A DNA stretch of 64,000 nucleotides from Chrysemys picta bellii (Eukaryota): contig NC_088800.1 in the NCBI RefSeq assembly GCF_011386835.1, forward strand, positions 79,918,001-79,982,000, in the 5' to 3' direction. The notes beneath the pieces were generated by a model, which had not been told where the DNA came from, did no database searches, and saw only the letters and a list, made by a program, of their open reading frames with translations. Position numbers and translations under genes: made by a program. Positions 1-22,983 of the stretch are shown piece after piece (within the stretch, counting starts at the first letter, position 1; every line of letters begins with the position of its first letter).

Positions 1-504
1 CAGCTTCCTGTTTTTTAAGGTTATCTGGACCTTCTTGTTTCCTTTCAATGCCCTGACTGTGACAGGTTGCTGCCAAAGGGCCATTCCAGGAAGACTTGAA
101 AAGGGAACTGGGGGGGGAGGCCTCGCTGTGTCCTTCCAGCAATAAGGCTCGACTGGATGGTAAGATCATTGCCAGAGCGCCGGGTCCATCTTGTGGGCTG
201 GACCATGAGGCCCTAGCCTAGTCTCTTCTCATTTTGCACCACCAATCTCCCTCCACCAAAGGCATAAGGGGAGTAATTTATCAGACTAAATTAGTAACGC
301 ATTCCAGTGCTGACTTGCGAGAATCAGACAGTCTTAAGAAATGCTTGGGGTTACTGACTCGAAAGGGCTGGCCACAGAGAGAGGAGTGTGTGACTTCCTG
401 GCTTTTCATCGGTTGGAGATCTGGCTTCAAATCCAGCCCTAGGTTAACAATGAATTGATGGGTCCTCCTCCTAGTTCCTAGTGGCCCAAACAACTACACA
501 GGTC

Positions 505-1713
505 ATGATTAGTTGAACTGGTCTGAAATCAAATCTGAAATGCAACACAGATAAGTGCAAAGTACTACAGTTAGGAAGGAAAAATAAAATGCACAAATAT
601 AAAGTGGGGAATAACTGGCTAGGCAGGAGTGCTACCGAAAAGGAGCCAGGAGTGATAATGGATCACAAATTGAATATGAACATACAGTGGCAAAAAAGGC
701 TAATATCATTCTGGGGTGTAGTAACAAGAGGGTTGTAGGTAAGACCAGGGCTGGCTCCAGGCACCAGCTGAGGAAGCTGGTGCTTGGGGCGGCAGATTGT
801 TGGAGGCGGCATTCTGCCCAATCCTAGGGCAGCACGGCCGCTTTTGTTGTTGTTGTTCTTGTTACGCTCCGGCCGCCCTGTAGGGGGCGGCGGCGCGGAG
901 AACCAGAGCGCCCTGCAGGGCAGTCCTCTTCCTTCCCTCCCCGCCGACCGGAGCGGAGCCCTCGCGGCAGGAGGCGGCGCGGCGGGAGGGGCCGCGTGGC
1001 AGCGCCCCTGCTGTAGCCCTGGCCGCCCCTTCTCTCTCTCTCTCTCCCGCCCGCTCCCTCCTCCTCCCCCCCCCCACAAGCCGGTCCCCCTGCACCTGTG
1101 CTCCAGCCGCGCCGCAGTTTTTTTTTTTTTCTTGGGGCGGCCAAAAAGCCAGAGCCGGCCCTGGGTAAGACACAGGAGATAATTGTCTACTCAGCACTGG
1201 TGAAGCCTCAGCTGGAGTTCTGTGTCCAATTGTGGGCAATAGGCTTTCGGAAAGATGCAAACAAAGTGGAGGGAGTCCAGAGGAGAGCAACACAAACGAT
1301 AAAAGGTTTAGGGAACCTGCCCTATGAAGAAATATTTTAAAAATTGGTATGTTTAGTCTTGAGAAAAGAAGACTAACGGGCACCCTAGTAATAGGCTTCA
1401 AATATGTTCAGGGCTGTTATAAAGAGACCTGTCATCGATTGTTCTTCGTCTCCACTGAAGGTAGGGCAAGAAGTAATGAGTTCAATCTGCAGCAAGGGAG
1501 ATTTAGCTGAGCTCTTAGGGAAACGTGTCTGTTAGGATAATTACGCTCTGGAAGAGAGTTCCAAGGGAGGTTGTGGGATCCCTCTCATTGGAGGTTTTTA
1601 AGAACAGGTTGGCCTAACACTGGTCTAGGTGGACTTGGCCTACCTCAGTAGAGCGGGCTGGACTAGATGACCTCTCAGGGTCCCTTCCAGCGTTACATTT
1701 AAATGATTCTATG
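505..1713 (+). mobile_element. CR1 LINE 3' fragment (degenerate RT C-terminus plus 3' UTR), split by a hAT MITE
   Basis: Degenerate ORF2 (YSALVKPQLEFCVQLW..KVEGVQRRAT), CR1 3' end GGTCCCTTCCAG and ATTCTATG tail; ends approximate. Confidence 0.85.
746..1163 (+). mobile_element. Non-autonomous hAT DNA transposon (MITE)
   Basis: TIR CAGGGC(T/C)GGCTC; perfect 8-bp TSD GGTAAGAC (738-745 and 1164-1171). Confidence 0.9.
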
Positions 1714-1986
1714 AAAGCCAATTGAAGTCAATGGAGCTATGCAGATTTACATCAACTGAGGAGCTGGCCTTTGGTTTCAGTTGTCATTGAACACCAGCGT
1801 GAGAATCACCATGAATCTACCGAGTCAGGCAATGATTGGGTGACCAAGGAGCAGATTCCAGTTTACCGCCCTTATAGTGGCTTGCTCCCTTTGGTGGCTA
1901 TTTCCTTTAGATGTGGCTGACGAGGGCCCTCTTTTAACCTGGCTCTTACATCTCTGCCTTTTCACTTTCGTTCCAGCTGAAAAGCC

Positions 1987-11712
<9,726 letters not shown>

Positions 11713-11998
11713 CGGAGCCTGTCGGGAAAGGCCATTTGCAGCACCGCCAGCCTCGCTCTCTTATTCCAATTCTGCTTGCTTTTTTTTCTGTAAGATGTTG
11801 AGTTCAGATCAAGACGACTGATAGTTGCAGATACACATCTCCCCTGGCAGCGGTACAACTGCCTGGGCTCAAAGGCACTTGGGAGACTTGTCAGCTGAAG
11901 TAAATTAAGTACAAAGAAATTAAGTAGTATTTTTAAGACTTTTTTACATTTTAAAACAATGCACCTATGCTGGTCATAAATTGCTTAAAGAAACAGAA

Positions 11999-12004
11999 AA
12001 TAAA
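11999..12004 (+). terminator. AATAAA polyadenylation signal of ARPC1B
   Basis: AATAAA about 290 nt after the stop codon, followed by U/GU-rich sequence. Confidence 0.7.
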
Positions 12005-13180
12005 GTGTCTTTTTCATGTAAATCCAGCGGCTGCTTTCTTTCGAATATATATTGATGTCGTGTCACTGTTAAGTTCTCCCCAAGGTAGCAGATATCATGG
12101 GGGAGTCTCCTAGTGCTGTCTCTGCGTCTGTTTCACACCTCAGAACCACTTCCTGTTTCAAACAATTGCTGCACTCACGCCTGGCACCCTTTATTGCCAG
12201 AACAGAAACAGCTTTTGCCTGGGAGGCGTTCTGCCCATGCCTGCTCAGCCATGTACAGCCCCACCCAGTCTGCTCAAAGAGAAGCAGGTTTCCCAACCTG
12301 CGATGTTGCTGCCCTGGTTTCATAACTCTACCTGCAAACATGGGACCCAAAGCTTGCACCTCCACGGTGCCATCCTCGTGGTTGAGTTCAGCGCAGCTTC
12401 CAGACAGGTGGGGGCTTTTCAAAGACGCAAGTAGTAAGCCTGGTGTGTGGCACCTTATCTTTCCAAAACACTTAAAGATACAAGGGGATAAAGATGGAAG
12501 AAAAAAAGATCGTTCCCATTGGATTTTAACCAGTCGTGTCCACTTCTAAATGTCTCCTTCTCATTTATACAGACTTCCAAGGATCACGTTCTGGTGCCCA
12601 GGTAGGGGACAACTCTCTCCCGGTAGCACAGTGGCAGAGCTTTCCATGATAAATACGCCCTCTTTTCCCTCCTCCCAGAAACCTCACACTAACCCTCCCA
12701 ATTCTGAAAGGTGTAACAGTCCAGGGTTAGCTCTATCCACATTGAAGAGGACATGGATTGAAAGAAGTTAGAGGACAATTATCCCCTTCCACTAGGCTAG
12801 CCAACTGTGTGTGTGTAGAGCAGATCTAATGAGATGTCCACCAGACCCAAGCAGGGAAAGCGCGTTACCTTCAGGCTGTAGCTGTTGGTACAGTCCAGAT
12901 GCTCCAGTCAGACTTGTCCTATTGGCTCCATTTTGACAGTGCAAGCGGCACAAAGTGCCAGGAAAGCAGAGCAAAACAGAGACATGAAATAGCAAGTCAC
13001 CATCATAGCTCACAGGTACGGGGCATCTCCCACAAGTTGTTGTAACTGGAAACCCCATAGAAGCATACCCGGTGCCCATGAGATTTCATGCTGACACGCA
13101 CAAAAGACAAGGGCAAAGCGTTTACGATAATTTAAATTTTAATCAGCCAAATATACAAGTTTGGGTTGGTTTGTTTTTAA

Positions 13181-13186
13181 TTTATT
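13181..13186 (-). terminator. Candidate AATAAA polyadenylation signal of PDAP1
   Basis: TTTATT on the + strand about 680 nt downstream of the PDAP1 stop, in an AT-rich stretch. Confidence 0.5.
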
Positions 13187-13859
13187 GAGTTTTTCTTTTT
13201 ACCTGGGTTTTGGTACAATCAATGAAGGCTTTGCTTTAAACAAAGGATGATGTGGTTAAAAACTGACACTATCCCTAGTCAGAGGAGAGAAAAAAGGAGG
13301 GAAAAGGGGGGGGGGGGGGGAGGGTGAAAATGGGAATGAACAGCACTCCAGAAAAACAGCCCTGAAGTTAGGCTTCCAGACTATTCTTACAACACTCTGC
13401 AGCTCAATTTCACGGGCTGTTTGCAGAAGTGGGTCCTGACGATACACCCCCCCGACCTTTGGGTTTTCATCAAGATTACCGACCCCATACCCCACCCCCA
13501 AGCTGACAGAAAAATCTAGGTTTTGTGATCTAATATATGAAGCATTTCCCCTCCCACCTTGCTCCCCTACCCTGCCCCTAATGTGTTCTCGGTCCTAAAA
13601 ACAGCAAAAACATTCAGGTTTCCAAACTGTTACACAGAGAAGTGCTGCTCAGCACGGTTCTGCCCTGAAGATAGCAGCTGCCCCCCCAACCCAAAATGGA
13701 ATTCTGTGCCAAGATGAAGACGAACACACTGTCAGTGTCTCTTGGAGGTGAATTTGACTTCGATGTTGCAGTACACCCTATGTGGTATGCAACATGGCAG
13801 AGTTCCTGGCAGGCACCAGGCAGAGTTCCCTGGAATTCTTCCTCCTGCATGTCCTGTGC

Positions 13860-16800
13860 TTATTTGTTAAGGGATAGTGATTGCAGTCTTTTGCCTGCCA
13901 CAGACGCGTCATCTTTTGCTGTGGGAGTGGGAGGGGAGAAAGAAAAGAGAGAGACTTGTCAATGTTTCCAGATGCAGGTGGGGAATTGGTGCTGTCTCGG
14001 TGGCCCTAGAGACAGAGCTCCATTTAGCCACACTAGACGTATAACAGCTTAGCAAGTGTCCCTCTGCCACCCCCCTGCTTAGATGCTAAAATTCCTGGTG
14101 GGTCCACATCCAGAGTGAAAGGAGAATGCCATCTCTACGGTCCATCCTGACCCTGGCCTCAGTCATTGGTGCCAACTGTGGAGAGATCTGTGCAGTGCGA
14201 AATGCACTGAGACCAAACCCCCATCACCACTTTGGTTCACTAGATACTTCAGCTGAATTAAGGGTCAGCCTGTGACCTAGAGGTGCAAAGCTCTATATCC
14301 TATTACCAATTCCCTGAGCCGTTTAGGCCCCACCCCATATGTACTTCTGATGCACAATATCCAAGCTGTTTGCAGGGAATTCACTGAACTGCTGGTGCGA
14401 ACATGTACAAAAATCCACTACCTTTGCCTGTTCAGCTGAAGCGCTGAGGTGTAGAGAGCAAATCCCTCCTTACTTTGCCTGCTCACTGCCTAACTAATCT
14501 ACCCCTTTATGACGCAGCATAAAGCAGAGGATGAAACAAAGCTGACTCTAGGGTTGAACAGAATAGCTGTTTAACAGCACACAGTAACAGCACTGGTAGA
14601 AAGGGAATACTATGCCTACTTCGCTTGTGATACTGAGATCACAGCTCCTGGAGGTATGGCTGTCAGCGAGGACAGTTAGGGGTGGACTGAATGAGGAACT
14701 GTTATTGTAAGGCCTTACCTTTTCTTTCCTCCTCTTTCTTTTTGGCAGCTTCTTCCCTCTGTTTCCGGATGATGGCTAGTCGAGCGAGATCTGCCTTTGC
14801 CTGTTCCGTTTTACCAGCTAGATGCATTTTCATGTATCTTTCTTTTGCTTTCTGCTTCTCTATTTCTTCTCTGTTTGAGTGAAATACACTAGTCGTCATG
14901 GTATCCAAATTAACACACAGGTATCGTTAGCGTTAGAAAGGGGATTAAGAGAAGGCGTGATCTCGAGCAGCATCGACCTCTGATCTTAGAGCACAAATGC
15001 GCAGTCATTTCAATCTCTAATTAGCATTTTAGCAATTGAGCAATTCAAGGAGGCTGAAGATCAAAATAATGTTTAAATCCTTTTCAGAGCAGTCACGGGG
15101 CTTGGGAAAAGCCATGCTGAAGATGGCTTCTGGCTTGAAAAGCTACCTAAATAAAGGCTTCTTTCTAACATTCATTATCACCACACCCAAGTGCCTCACA
15201 GTAGCCCAGTGAATTAGGGATTGTTTCTGTTCCCACTGTGCCAGGGAAAACTCTGGCACAGAGTTAAGTGACTTAGGGTACGTCTATACTACCTGCCGGA
15301 TAGCATTCCATGTATCGGGGGTCGATTTATCGCGTCTCGTCCAGACGAGACAAATCGATCCGCGAATCGACGCCCGTACTCCACCTCGGCAGGAGGAGTA
15401 AGCGGAGTCGACGGGGGAGCCGCGGCAGTCGACTCGCCACCGTGAGGACGGCCAGGTAAGTCGAACTGAGATACTTCGACTTCAACTATGCGAATAGCGT
15501 AGCTGAAGTTGCGTCTCTTAGTTCGAACCCCCTGCTAGTGTAGCCCAGGCCTTAGCCTAATATCCCACAGCAGGACAGTGTCAAACCAGAGCACAGTCCT
15601 CCTGCTTCCCAGTCTAGTGCCCTACCCAAAAGCCACCCTTCAGCTGTAGGAATCGGTATTGAATCAAACTCGCACTTTTCTCTCTAAAAACCCACGTGTG
15701 AAATGGCAACTGAGTTCAAGACTGAAAACAAAATCTAAGTGTCCACTGGGGCAAGTAACTTCACTCTGACCCCAGGAATCTGGAAAACGCACTCCCATCC
15801 ATACTAGGGCTCCTGCCACACCAGGAACTTAACAGGGTGACCCTTGGCATGGTATTTTTCTGCCACTACGCACTAATGCACAGGGGCAGTTATTTCTGAT
15901 TATTGACATCAGGCTTTTAGAAAGGAAAACTAGATAGCCAGGGTCCATGACTAGGGCTACTAGGTGCTTAACACAAATAATTAATAACCATTATAATAAT
16001 TAGCAGAGGAAAAAACACTTATGCCCGTCTCAATGCGTTTCGCAAAGCTGCCTGACTTTAGGATGACAAGGTGGGTGAGGTAATATCTTTTATTGGACCA
16101 ACTTCTGCTGGTGAAAGAGACAAGCTTCCAAGCTTATACAGAGCTCTTCTTCAGGTCTGGGAAAGGTGCTCAGAGTGTCACAGCTAACTACAGATTGTTT
16201 AGCATAAGTAGTTAACACATATAGGATGGCAGCCACCAACATAGGCTGGCTCTACTTAACCATGTAAGTTCCTACCCAATGAAATTGGGATCCAAAGTGA
16301 ATCCTGACAATTATCTTCACACCTACTGTGACGGTGGGCTCAAATAAATAAAGGACCTCACTGAGACGGCAACTTCCCTCCCAGCAGGTCAGATTTACTG
16401 GCACTACGTGGCTTGGCCACTGCAGGGGGCAGAACATTATTCTAGGAACAAACACAGAACACACATCTCTCCAAGCTATAAGAGAGAAGGGGGATTGTTA
16501 CCGCTCTCTCCGCGACAGCTCCTTGGGTCCATCCAGATCCAGCTGAGTTACTTTTTTGGCTGTCTGAACAACGCGATTGGGATTCTCTATGTCTATCAAC
16601 CCTTCCACGCCTTTGCGCTTTTGCTGGAGTTTAGAAACAAAGGACATGCATGTTATCAATGAGTTCTGTAGCTGTCAAGGCTCAATGAGTCTTCTTCACA
16701 TACATCCTAGTGGAGAAAGTTCACTCACGTGGTCATTACCTCTGAAACCAAACCTAGACAGACACTAAAAAAATTCTTATTACCAGGGAATATATCTGCT

Positions 16801-19800
16801 GCCACATCGTATTTTACTTTACCATGTGTTTTCAACCCCATTGTTAATAGTGAACGTTACCACGTCTGTTTCTTCCACTTCAGTGTACAGCAATGAACAA
16901 ATTATTAATGGAGTGAAGATTAACTAGGAGGAGACACACACTACGTTTAACTTTAAAAAAATCCCACCATCCTTATAAATCTGGGCTCAGGAGCCCACAA
17001 ATACATGGGGAAAATAAAAATCAAGGATTAGCAGGTTGGTTGTGCCTTGAGAATGTGGGGTGTTCATCTACGTTAAATGCATTGGGAGTTACGGTACCTG
17101 ATAGTCCTCGTCATCTTCGTCACTCTCGTCTGAATCTAACGATTTCTTCTCTTTTTTGGGGTCTCCTATTGCCCCCTCTCCCCCTTCTTCTTGCTCCTCC
17201 TCTTCCTATGCGTTTACAGGAGATTAAGAAAAAATGTAAACTGATGAAATTGCAACCACTAGCAACGACTCTTTAAAAGAAGTCAGCACAGTGAAAACAT
17301 TAATAGGCAAGGGATACAACTGCATGGCCGAGAATGTCAGTATTATTGGTATGTCTTCTCTAATCAATTTTATTTGTATTGCATTCAAGAGCAAGATACG
17401 TTTTGTCCCCTAAATGTGTCCCATTATTCACATCACCTGCATTAACAGGGTCCTCAATAAGAGACTCCACTGCTTTCTATATACAATATGATATCCATTG
17501 CTAGGTAACTTGATCACCATATTCTATGTTTCACATTTTACCTCCCACAGAGGAAGAGAATAAGGGACACATTCTGACTTTGGTTTCAAGTGCTCGATAC
17601 CCCATTGATTTTGATAGAAACTGCCTAAACATCACTACGAATTAGATCCAGCTCTAAAACTCTATGTCACCAACAGAAAATCTGGAGAATTGCAGATTGT
17701 CAAACCCAACATAGAAGCGTTTCCACATATTGTAATTCAGGTGACAGAATGATTTACACCACTTGACTCTAAGCTGCCTTTGCTCATGAACTGCAAAATA
17801 ATTGAGTATAAGAGCAGCAGTTTATCTCGCTAAGCACATGACCAGACAGAACACATACCCTGGCCTTTTGTTTTTCTGCTTGGAGCTGTGCATCAATCTC
17901 TTCAGGGCTTGTGTACTGTCTTGCTCGGCCTTTGTGGCCTCCTTTTCTACCTGCATGAGAAATTAAGTCAGTAGCTGATTTAGTGAGATGTTTCCACAAA
18001 CTCAAAAGCCTGTCCCCAATTCTCTCTTGGCTGTAGTTGTGCATAGTACAGACCAGTTCTTCTTCCAGTAAAAGCTAAAAGAACGCAGAAGTAGCCCAAT
18101 AATTCACCAACCTTAGTCAAGCACTTCGAGCCCTTAGATAAATACACAGAGAACTGTTATTGAACCACAAAAGTGTTCAGAGAAAATTTTTCAGACTTAG
18201 CTTAACCCCTCCAGTTTCTAGGGAAGCCTGCACCAGTTGGACCATCTAATCCAATGGTCTGTATTTGAGAGGGCCCAGTTATACCTGGCATCACCAGAAA
18301 AGAACATAGCCCATCATCTCCATAAGATTCTCTACATCATGTTAGCAAATAAAAGCTCTGAATAATTTCAACATTTCCTGTAGTTCACTAGGGATGTTCT
18401 CACCACTCCTCAAGGTAGGTACTACTGTTTTCATCCCTCAACTACTACAGACACCAGGCATTGCAGCACGGTTCTGTCAGGCTATAGAAGGATGAGGAGA
18501 ATTACGCTTCCAAGGGCTCAAGATAGTGGAATGACACCATCCTTCCCCTTCCATCCACATCCACAGTTGCCTCTGATTCACTTCCTGGGTTGGCAACCAA
18601 ATATAAATCCCACAACCACTCCCTACTCTGCATTTACTACACAGCAGGAAGCTGCGCTCTAACTATGCTGCCACAGAAACACTAGGGAGTGACAGCAATT
18701 GTAAGTGAATTTCTACTATAACCCTGATTTTTCCTGACTGCCCGCCGCCCCTACACACATACCCAGAAAAATGAGAGATGAAATCAGTTTCCCTGGATGC
18801 ATTGCCCTAGCTGAGATCCGGTACCTACCACCAAACTTTAATACCTATCGCCAAACTTAAATTGATTGATGTGAAATCACTGAAACTATTAATGTTTCCC
18901 GAAGAATGGCAGCGCCAGTGGTCGCGGCACAAGACATCCAAGGACTGCTGGAGACCTGGGCTTTCTTTTTTAAGCAGTCTCTACCCTTTTCCCTGCAGAC
19001 ACAGAGCTCAAAGTACAATCTGACCACTAAAAGTACTTTGCAATTATTTTTTTGCCAAACAGTTCATGAGGGGGTTCTCTCCTCCTGCAGATCTCAGGAG
19101 GGCCACTGGCAGGAGCCATGGGACATCCGTTTGACCTCTTTACCCCCCTGTTTATTCCCCGAGGTCAGTAAGTAGCCTTGCGGGGAAGGGGTCGGGGGCG
19201 AGAGATCAAGGGAACACTCTTCCTGAGATCTGTATGAGGGGAGAGCACCAGCTCCCCTGCAGAGGTTCAGTAGTGCCCAACTAACCTAATTTGTTGAGCT
19301 GGTTGAATAATTGGAAAATGTTCATGAAAAAACTGTCCCTTTTTTGGCATTAGTACATTGGTCCAGCAGAGGCAGGCAACCCCTGTTTTCTTGATCAGAG
19401 CTGAACCACTTACTGTGACCGTGGCTGGAGTTGTCTTGAGGAATCTACCAAGGCTGGGGGGGCACAACTGTTCATGAGGAGGGCTCTCAATAGCTCAGTA
19501 GCTCCAACATACCTCCCCCCCGCTCCCCTCGTCCTCTTTCCTCACACTGCTTATCACTGATTTTCTAAAGTCTCTAGGAAGGGAACTTTGAACATGCAGT
19601 TCTTAGAAGATCTGAAGGGGGGAAATGAAAAAAGCAGGAGGCTTGAAGGGAGAATTCCCAGCCAATCTTGGGGAGCTCAATAAGCCACCTCCCCACAAAT
19701 CTTAAGAAGCCTCATGGCCCCTTCACCTCTGCATTTCTACGTTTTCTAACATGAGAGGTGAGGTTCTGTACACTAGTGGCCTTGAAAGGGGATATTCACT

Positions 19801-22800
19801 CAAAGAACTTACATGTGCCTGCCGCCTTCAAAAAGCATGGGATAGATTTTCAGTTGTGATTTCAACTACAGTGTCTGCAGCCACTGATAGATGGTGCTGT
19901 CCATTAAAGGACTTCTCTACCCCAGTAAACCACCCTTTTTTTCCTCACAGCTTATAGAGATGCCAGAGTAGCGTTACAATTCAAAATTGGTTACTTATTT
20001 AAAAAAAGTGTGGCATGACTGATACAGGTACAAAGTAACTACTATGCTGTAAACTTTATGCATTATTCTACCCCGTGAAGGGCTACATGATCTAAAACAA
20101 TGATCTGCTACAATACTACCAGGGTAACTAGGCTCTTTGGTGTCTGGCAGATGCATTTTCAGGCATTTGTTTTCTTTATGAGTCAGGTCAGCTTATAACA
20201 GCAGATTTCAACGTACTTTTTCAAAAAATAAAACTAGCCTGTAACCCCCTTTGGTCTTCACATTAGGTGTTGTCAAAAGCAATAGATACGAAGAGCAAAG
20301 CTTATTAGTTCTAAGTTTTACCCATTCTACACTGAAGCCTGTACCAAATAATTAAGTATTGTACCGCTCAATACTTTTACCATCATCTCATCAACTAGAA
20401 TGAGATGAGACCTGAGTCGCATTAGTATGCCGATATTTAATCAAGGAGGGCATAGGGAAGGCCTTTGCTCATGGTAAGGAGGCAGGACTGTAAGGGGCTT
20501 TGGGCTGTGAGTCATGCAACCTGAGTTCTATTCCTAGCTCTGCCACTGACCTGCTGCATTACGTTGGGCAAGTCACTTCACCTCTGTGCCTCAGTTTCCC
20601 CCATCTGTAAAATAGGGATAATGAGTCTTATCCTCCTTTGCAAAGCACTTTGAAACCCACAGATGATTGTATTTTTAAACTATGGTAAAGGCACACAGAG
20701 CCTAAGATAGGCATGTTTTTAAATACATATTTCAGTCTATAAGAGTATTACTATTAATGTGAATTTAAGCTTAGAAGAATTTTATGGAGCTATGAGTTTA
20801 AAAAAAAACTTGGGAAAACGGGTTTCGACAGCCTCTAAACAGAGATCAAGAAGTACTTCAGAAACACTTGTTCTGTATTAGCAGACAAGCTCATATTTGT
20901 GCAGCAGAAAGGGTTTCTCTCCCAAAACATTATGAACTACTTCTTCAATAGCGCTATTTCTTTACAGAACATAGATTATAAAAAAATTACACACACACAT
21001 TACAGAAAAGAGAAGAGCATTCACCGAGTGGATCCTTTTGGAGCAAGATGTATTTGTAATATATGCAGCTGCGGGTTTTTTGTTTTTTTTAATTATTGAC
21101 AGGATTAAATCCAAGTGTGCTACCAAACACTGCAGGCAAAACCCTGGCCCCCCTGAAGTCAATGGCAAAACACCCATTGATTTCATTGGGGCCAGGATTT
21201 CACCCTGCAAAGCCACAGACAAACTTGAGAGGGGTATGTTTAGAATTGTGTGATGAATTTGGAATAGGAAAAATTGAATTTATTGAGCTTTCATTACAAA
21301 AATAATTATGAGCATCAATACAAATAAGTCTGGAGCCTTTTCCTATGTCTAGCAATAGTTTTATATAGTACAAACTGGTATGAAGGATGTCTGGCCTAGA
21401 TCAAGATATCAAAGAACCTGTATTAAAAAACTGGGAAACAAATCTTATGATATTAAAGACCGTGGAGGGCGGGGGGGGGGATACTGTATTTGATGCCTAA
21501 AGAATTCTCTAACAGTCACAAACTCAGTTAATGGACACTAATAAAGTAAATTGGCAGAGACTACAGGAAGGGTAGAATGGGGAATAATAATTTACATTAA
21601 CATAGTAAGATTTGATTCCATAGAAAGCATGAAAGAGCCAATTATGTGGACAGATTTAGTGAATCTAGAGAATGATCTGGGTAGATCCAGCTCAGACTTG
21701 ATGGACTCTCATTCCCTCATTAGCTCTCCTGTACCACATGCAGGCAGGTTGGTACCCACTGCATAACAGCAAGATGCTGTGAGTGAAGCTATTATGATGG
21801 TGGGTTTAGAGCCACTAAAAACTCTAAAATGAGACATTAAAAGTCATCTTTGTGTCTTCTTCTGTACAGTACTCTTATGCAGCAAGTAACCACCTTCTCT
21901 TCATTTAGATCAGTAGTTCTCAGACTTTTGTACTAATAGCAAGCCTCTGAGTGTGACCCCCCCTTATACATTAAAAACACTTTTTTATATATTTAACACC
22001 ATTATAAATGCTGGCAGCAAAGCAGGGTTTGGGGTGGAGGCTGACAGCTCACAATCCCCCATGTAATAACCTTGCGACCCCCTGAGGGGTTCCGACCCCC
22101 AGTTTGAGAACCCCTGATTTAGATCCTTTCTACATATCCCCAGAGGCCTCTCAAATACTAATCCACTGAAGGAAGAATCTTAAAGAACCACATGCCATCA
22201 GCATCCCTTTGAAATAGGCCCCATCAGTCAGTACATTGGGTACATGTGAACTGCATTCTGTGCCCGATTTAGCTTGTGAGCTCAGTGCCTCATGTATTCT
22301 GTACAGCACCAATCATACACTCCATGCTCAACAGATGCCAGCCTCCTCCCCAGTGCAGAACAAAACCCATCACCTGGCACTAGATCTGCTATGGGCCACC
22401 AGTCCCACTACTTTTCCCCTGCACACAGTACCCCTACAACTTGCACATACCCCTTAGTTCCCAGGGGCTTCTGCCCCCTCATGCTTCTCCCATCACCCAC
22501 AGGGGCTTCAAGCTGGTACTCCCCTGAACCTGCCATCGGTCCATGGGGGCTTGCACCTCCCCATAACCCATCACTCCATTCCCCTGGGCTTGCATCTTCC
22601 TCTCAATCCAATCGCTCCAGGGGGGTTATACCCCTCCCCCAGGGACTTAGGGCTTGCCCCCCCCCCCTTGATCCTATCGCTGTGGGGCTTACACCCCTTC
22701 CCCAGAGCCCTAAGGCTTGCCCCGACAAACCCCACTGCTCCTAGGGGGCTTATACCCCTCCCCCAGGGACCTAGAGCTTGGGCCCGCCCTTAACCCACCA

Positions 22801-22983
22801 CTCGTGGGGGGGTTATACCCCTTCCCCAGGAACCTAGGGCTTGCCCCCCCCCAACCCCACCGCTCCTGGGGGGGCTTATATCCCCCCCCCCCGGGATTTA
22901 GGGCTTGGGGCCCCCCTCCTTAGCCCCACCGTTCCTGGGGCCTGTTTCCTCTCATCCGCCCCTCCCTCACCTCCTTTCGGCAT
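13860..22983 (-). CDS. PDAP1: PDGFA-associated protein 1 (28 kDa heat- and acid-stable phosphoprotein), 181 aa, 6 exons
   Basis: complement join(22971-22983,17859-17950,17098-17205,16502-16623,14719-14870,13860-13918) = 546 nt. Reads [35 protein letters not shown]...[11 protein letters not shown]; all introns GT-AG. Confidence 0.97.
14120..14325 (-). mobile_element. LF-SINE-like tRNA-derived SINE fragment
   Basis: Reverse complement reads GGCTCAGGGAATTGGTAATAGGATATAGAGCTTTGCACCTCTAGGTCACAGG, resembling the LF-SINE head from memory. Confidence 0.5.
15276..15551. mobile_element. PIF/Harbinger MITE nested in a MIR-like SINE (about 15175-15615, minus strand)
   Basis: Termini GGGTACGTCTATACTAC / GTGTAGCCCAGGCC; 3-bp TSD TTA (15273-15275 and 15552-15554). 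The flanks rejoin as a CORE-SINE (GGCACAGAGTTAAGTGACTTA|GCCT). Confidence 0.85.
16065..16222 (-). mobile_element. Older Penelope-like element terminal fragment with a degenerate hammerhead motif (16118-16158)
   Basis: Minus strand reads AGAC CTGAAGA A GAGCT-CTGTATA-AGCTT GGAA GCTT GTCT, the same layout as the motif at 46914-46954. Confidence 0.65.
20470..20670 (+). mobile_element. MIR-like CORE-SINE
   Basis: TTGGGCAAGTCACTTCACCTCTGTGCCTCAGTTTCCCCATCTGTAAAATAGGGATAAT core. Confidence 0.85.
21911..22116. mobile_element. hAT (Charlie-like) MITE
   Basis: TIR CAGTAGTTCTCA / TGAGAACCCCTG; perfect 8-bp TSD ATTTAGAT (21903-21910 and 22117-22124). Confidence 0.88.
22600..22940. repeat. Degenerate about 60-bp tandem repeat (5-6 copies) in PDAP1 intron 1
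   Basis: Recurring CCCCAC.GCTCCT.GGGGG.TTATACCCCT.CCCCAGGGA..TAGGGCTTG unit. Confidence 0.8.

Noticed and set aside
784-1401. ORFs of 106-179 aa (similar ones at 10776-11334 and 59981-60825)
   Set aside because: They lie within GC-rich hAT MITEs and CR1 remnants and show no transposase motifs.
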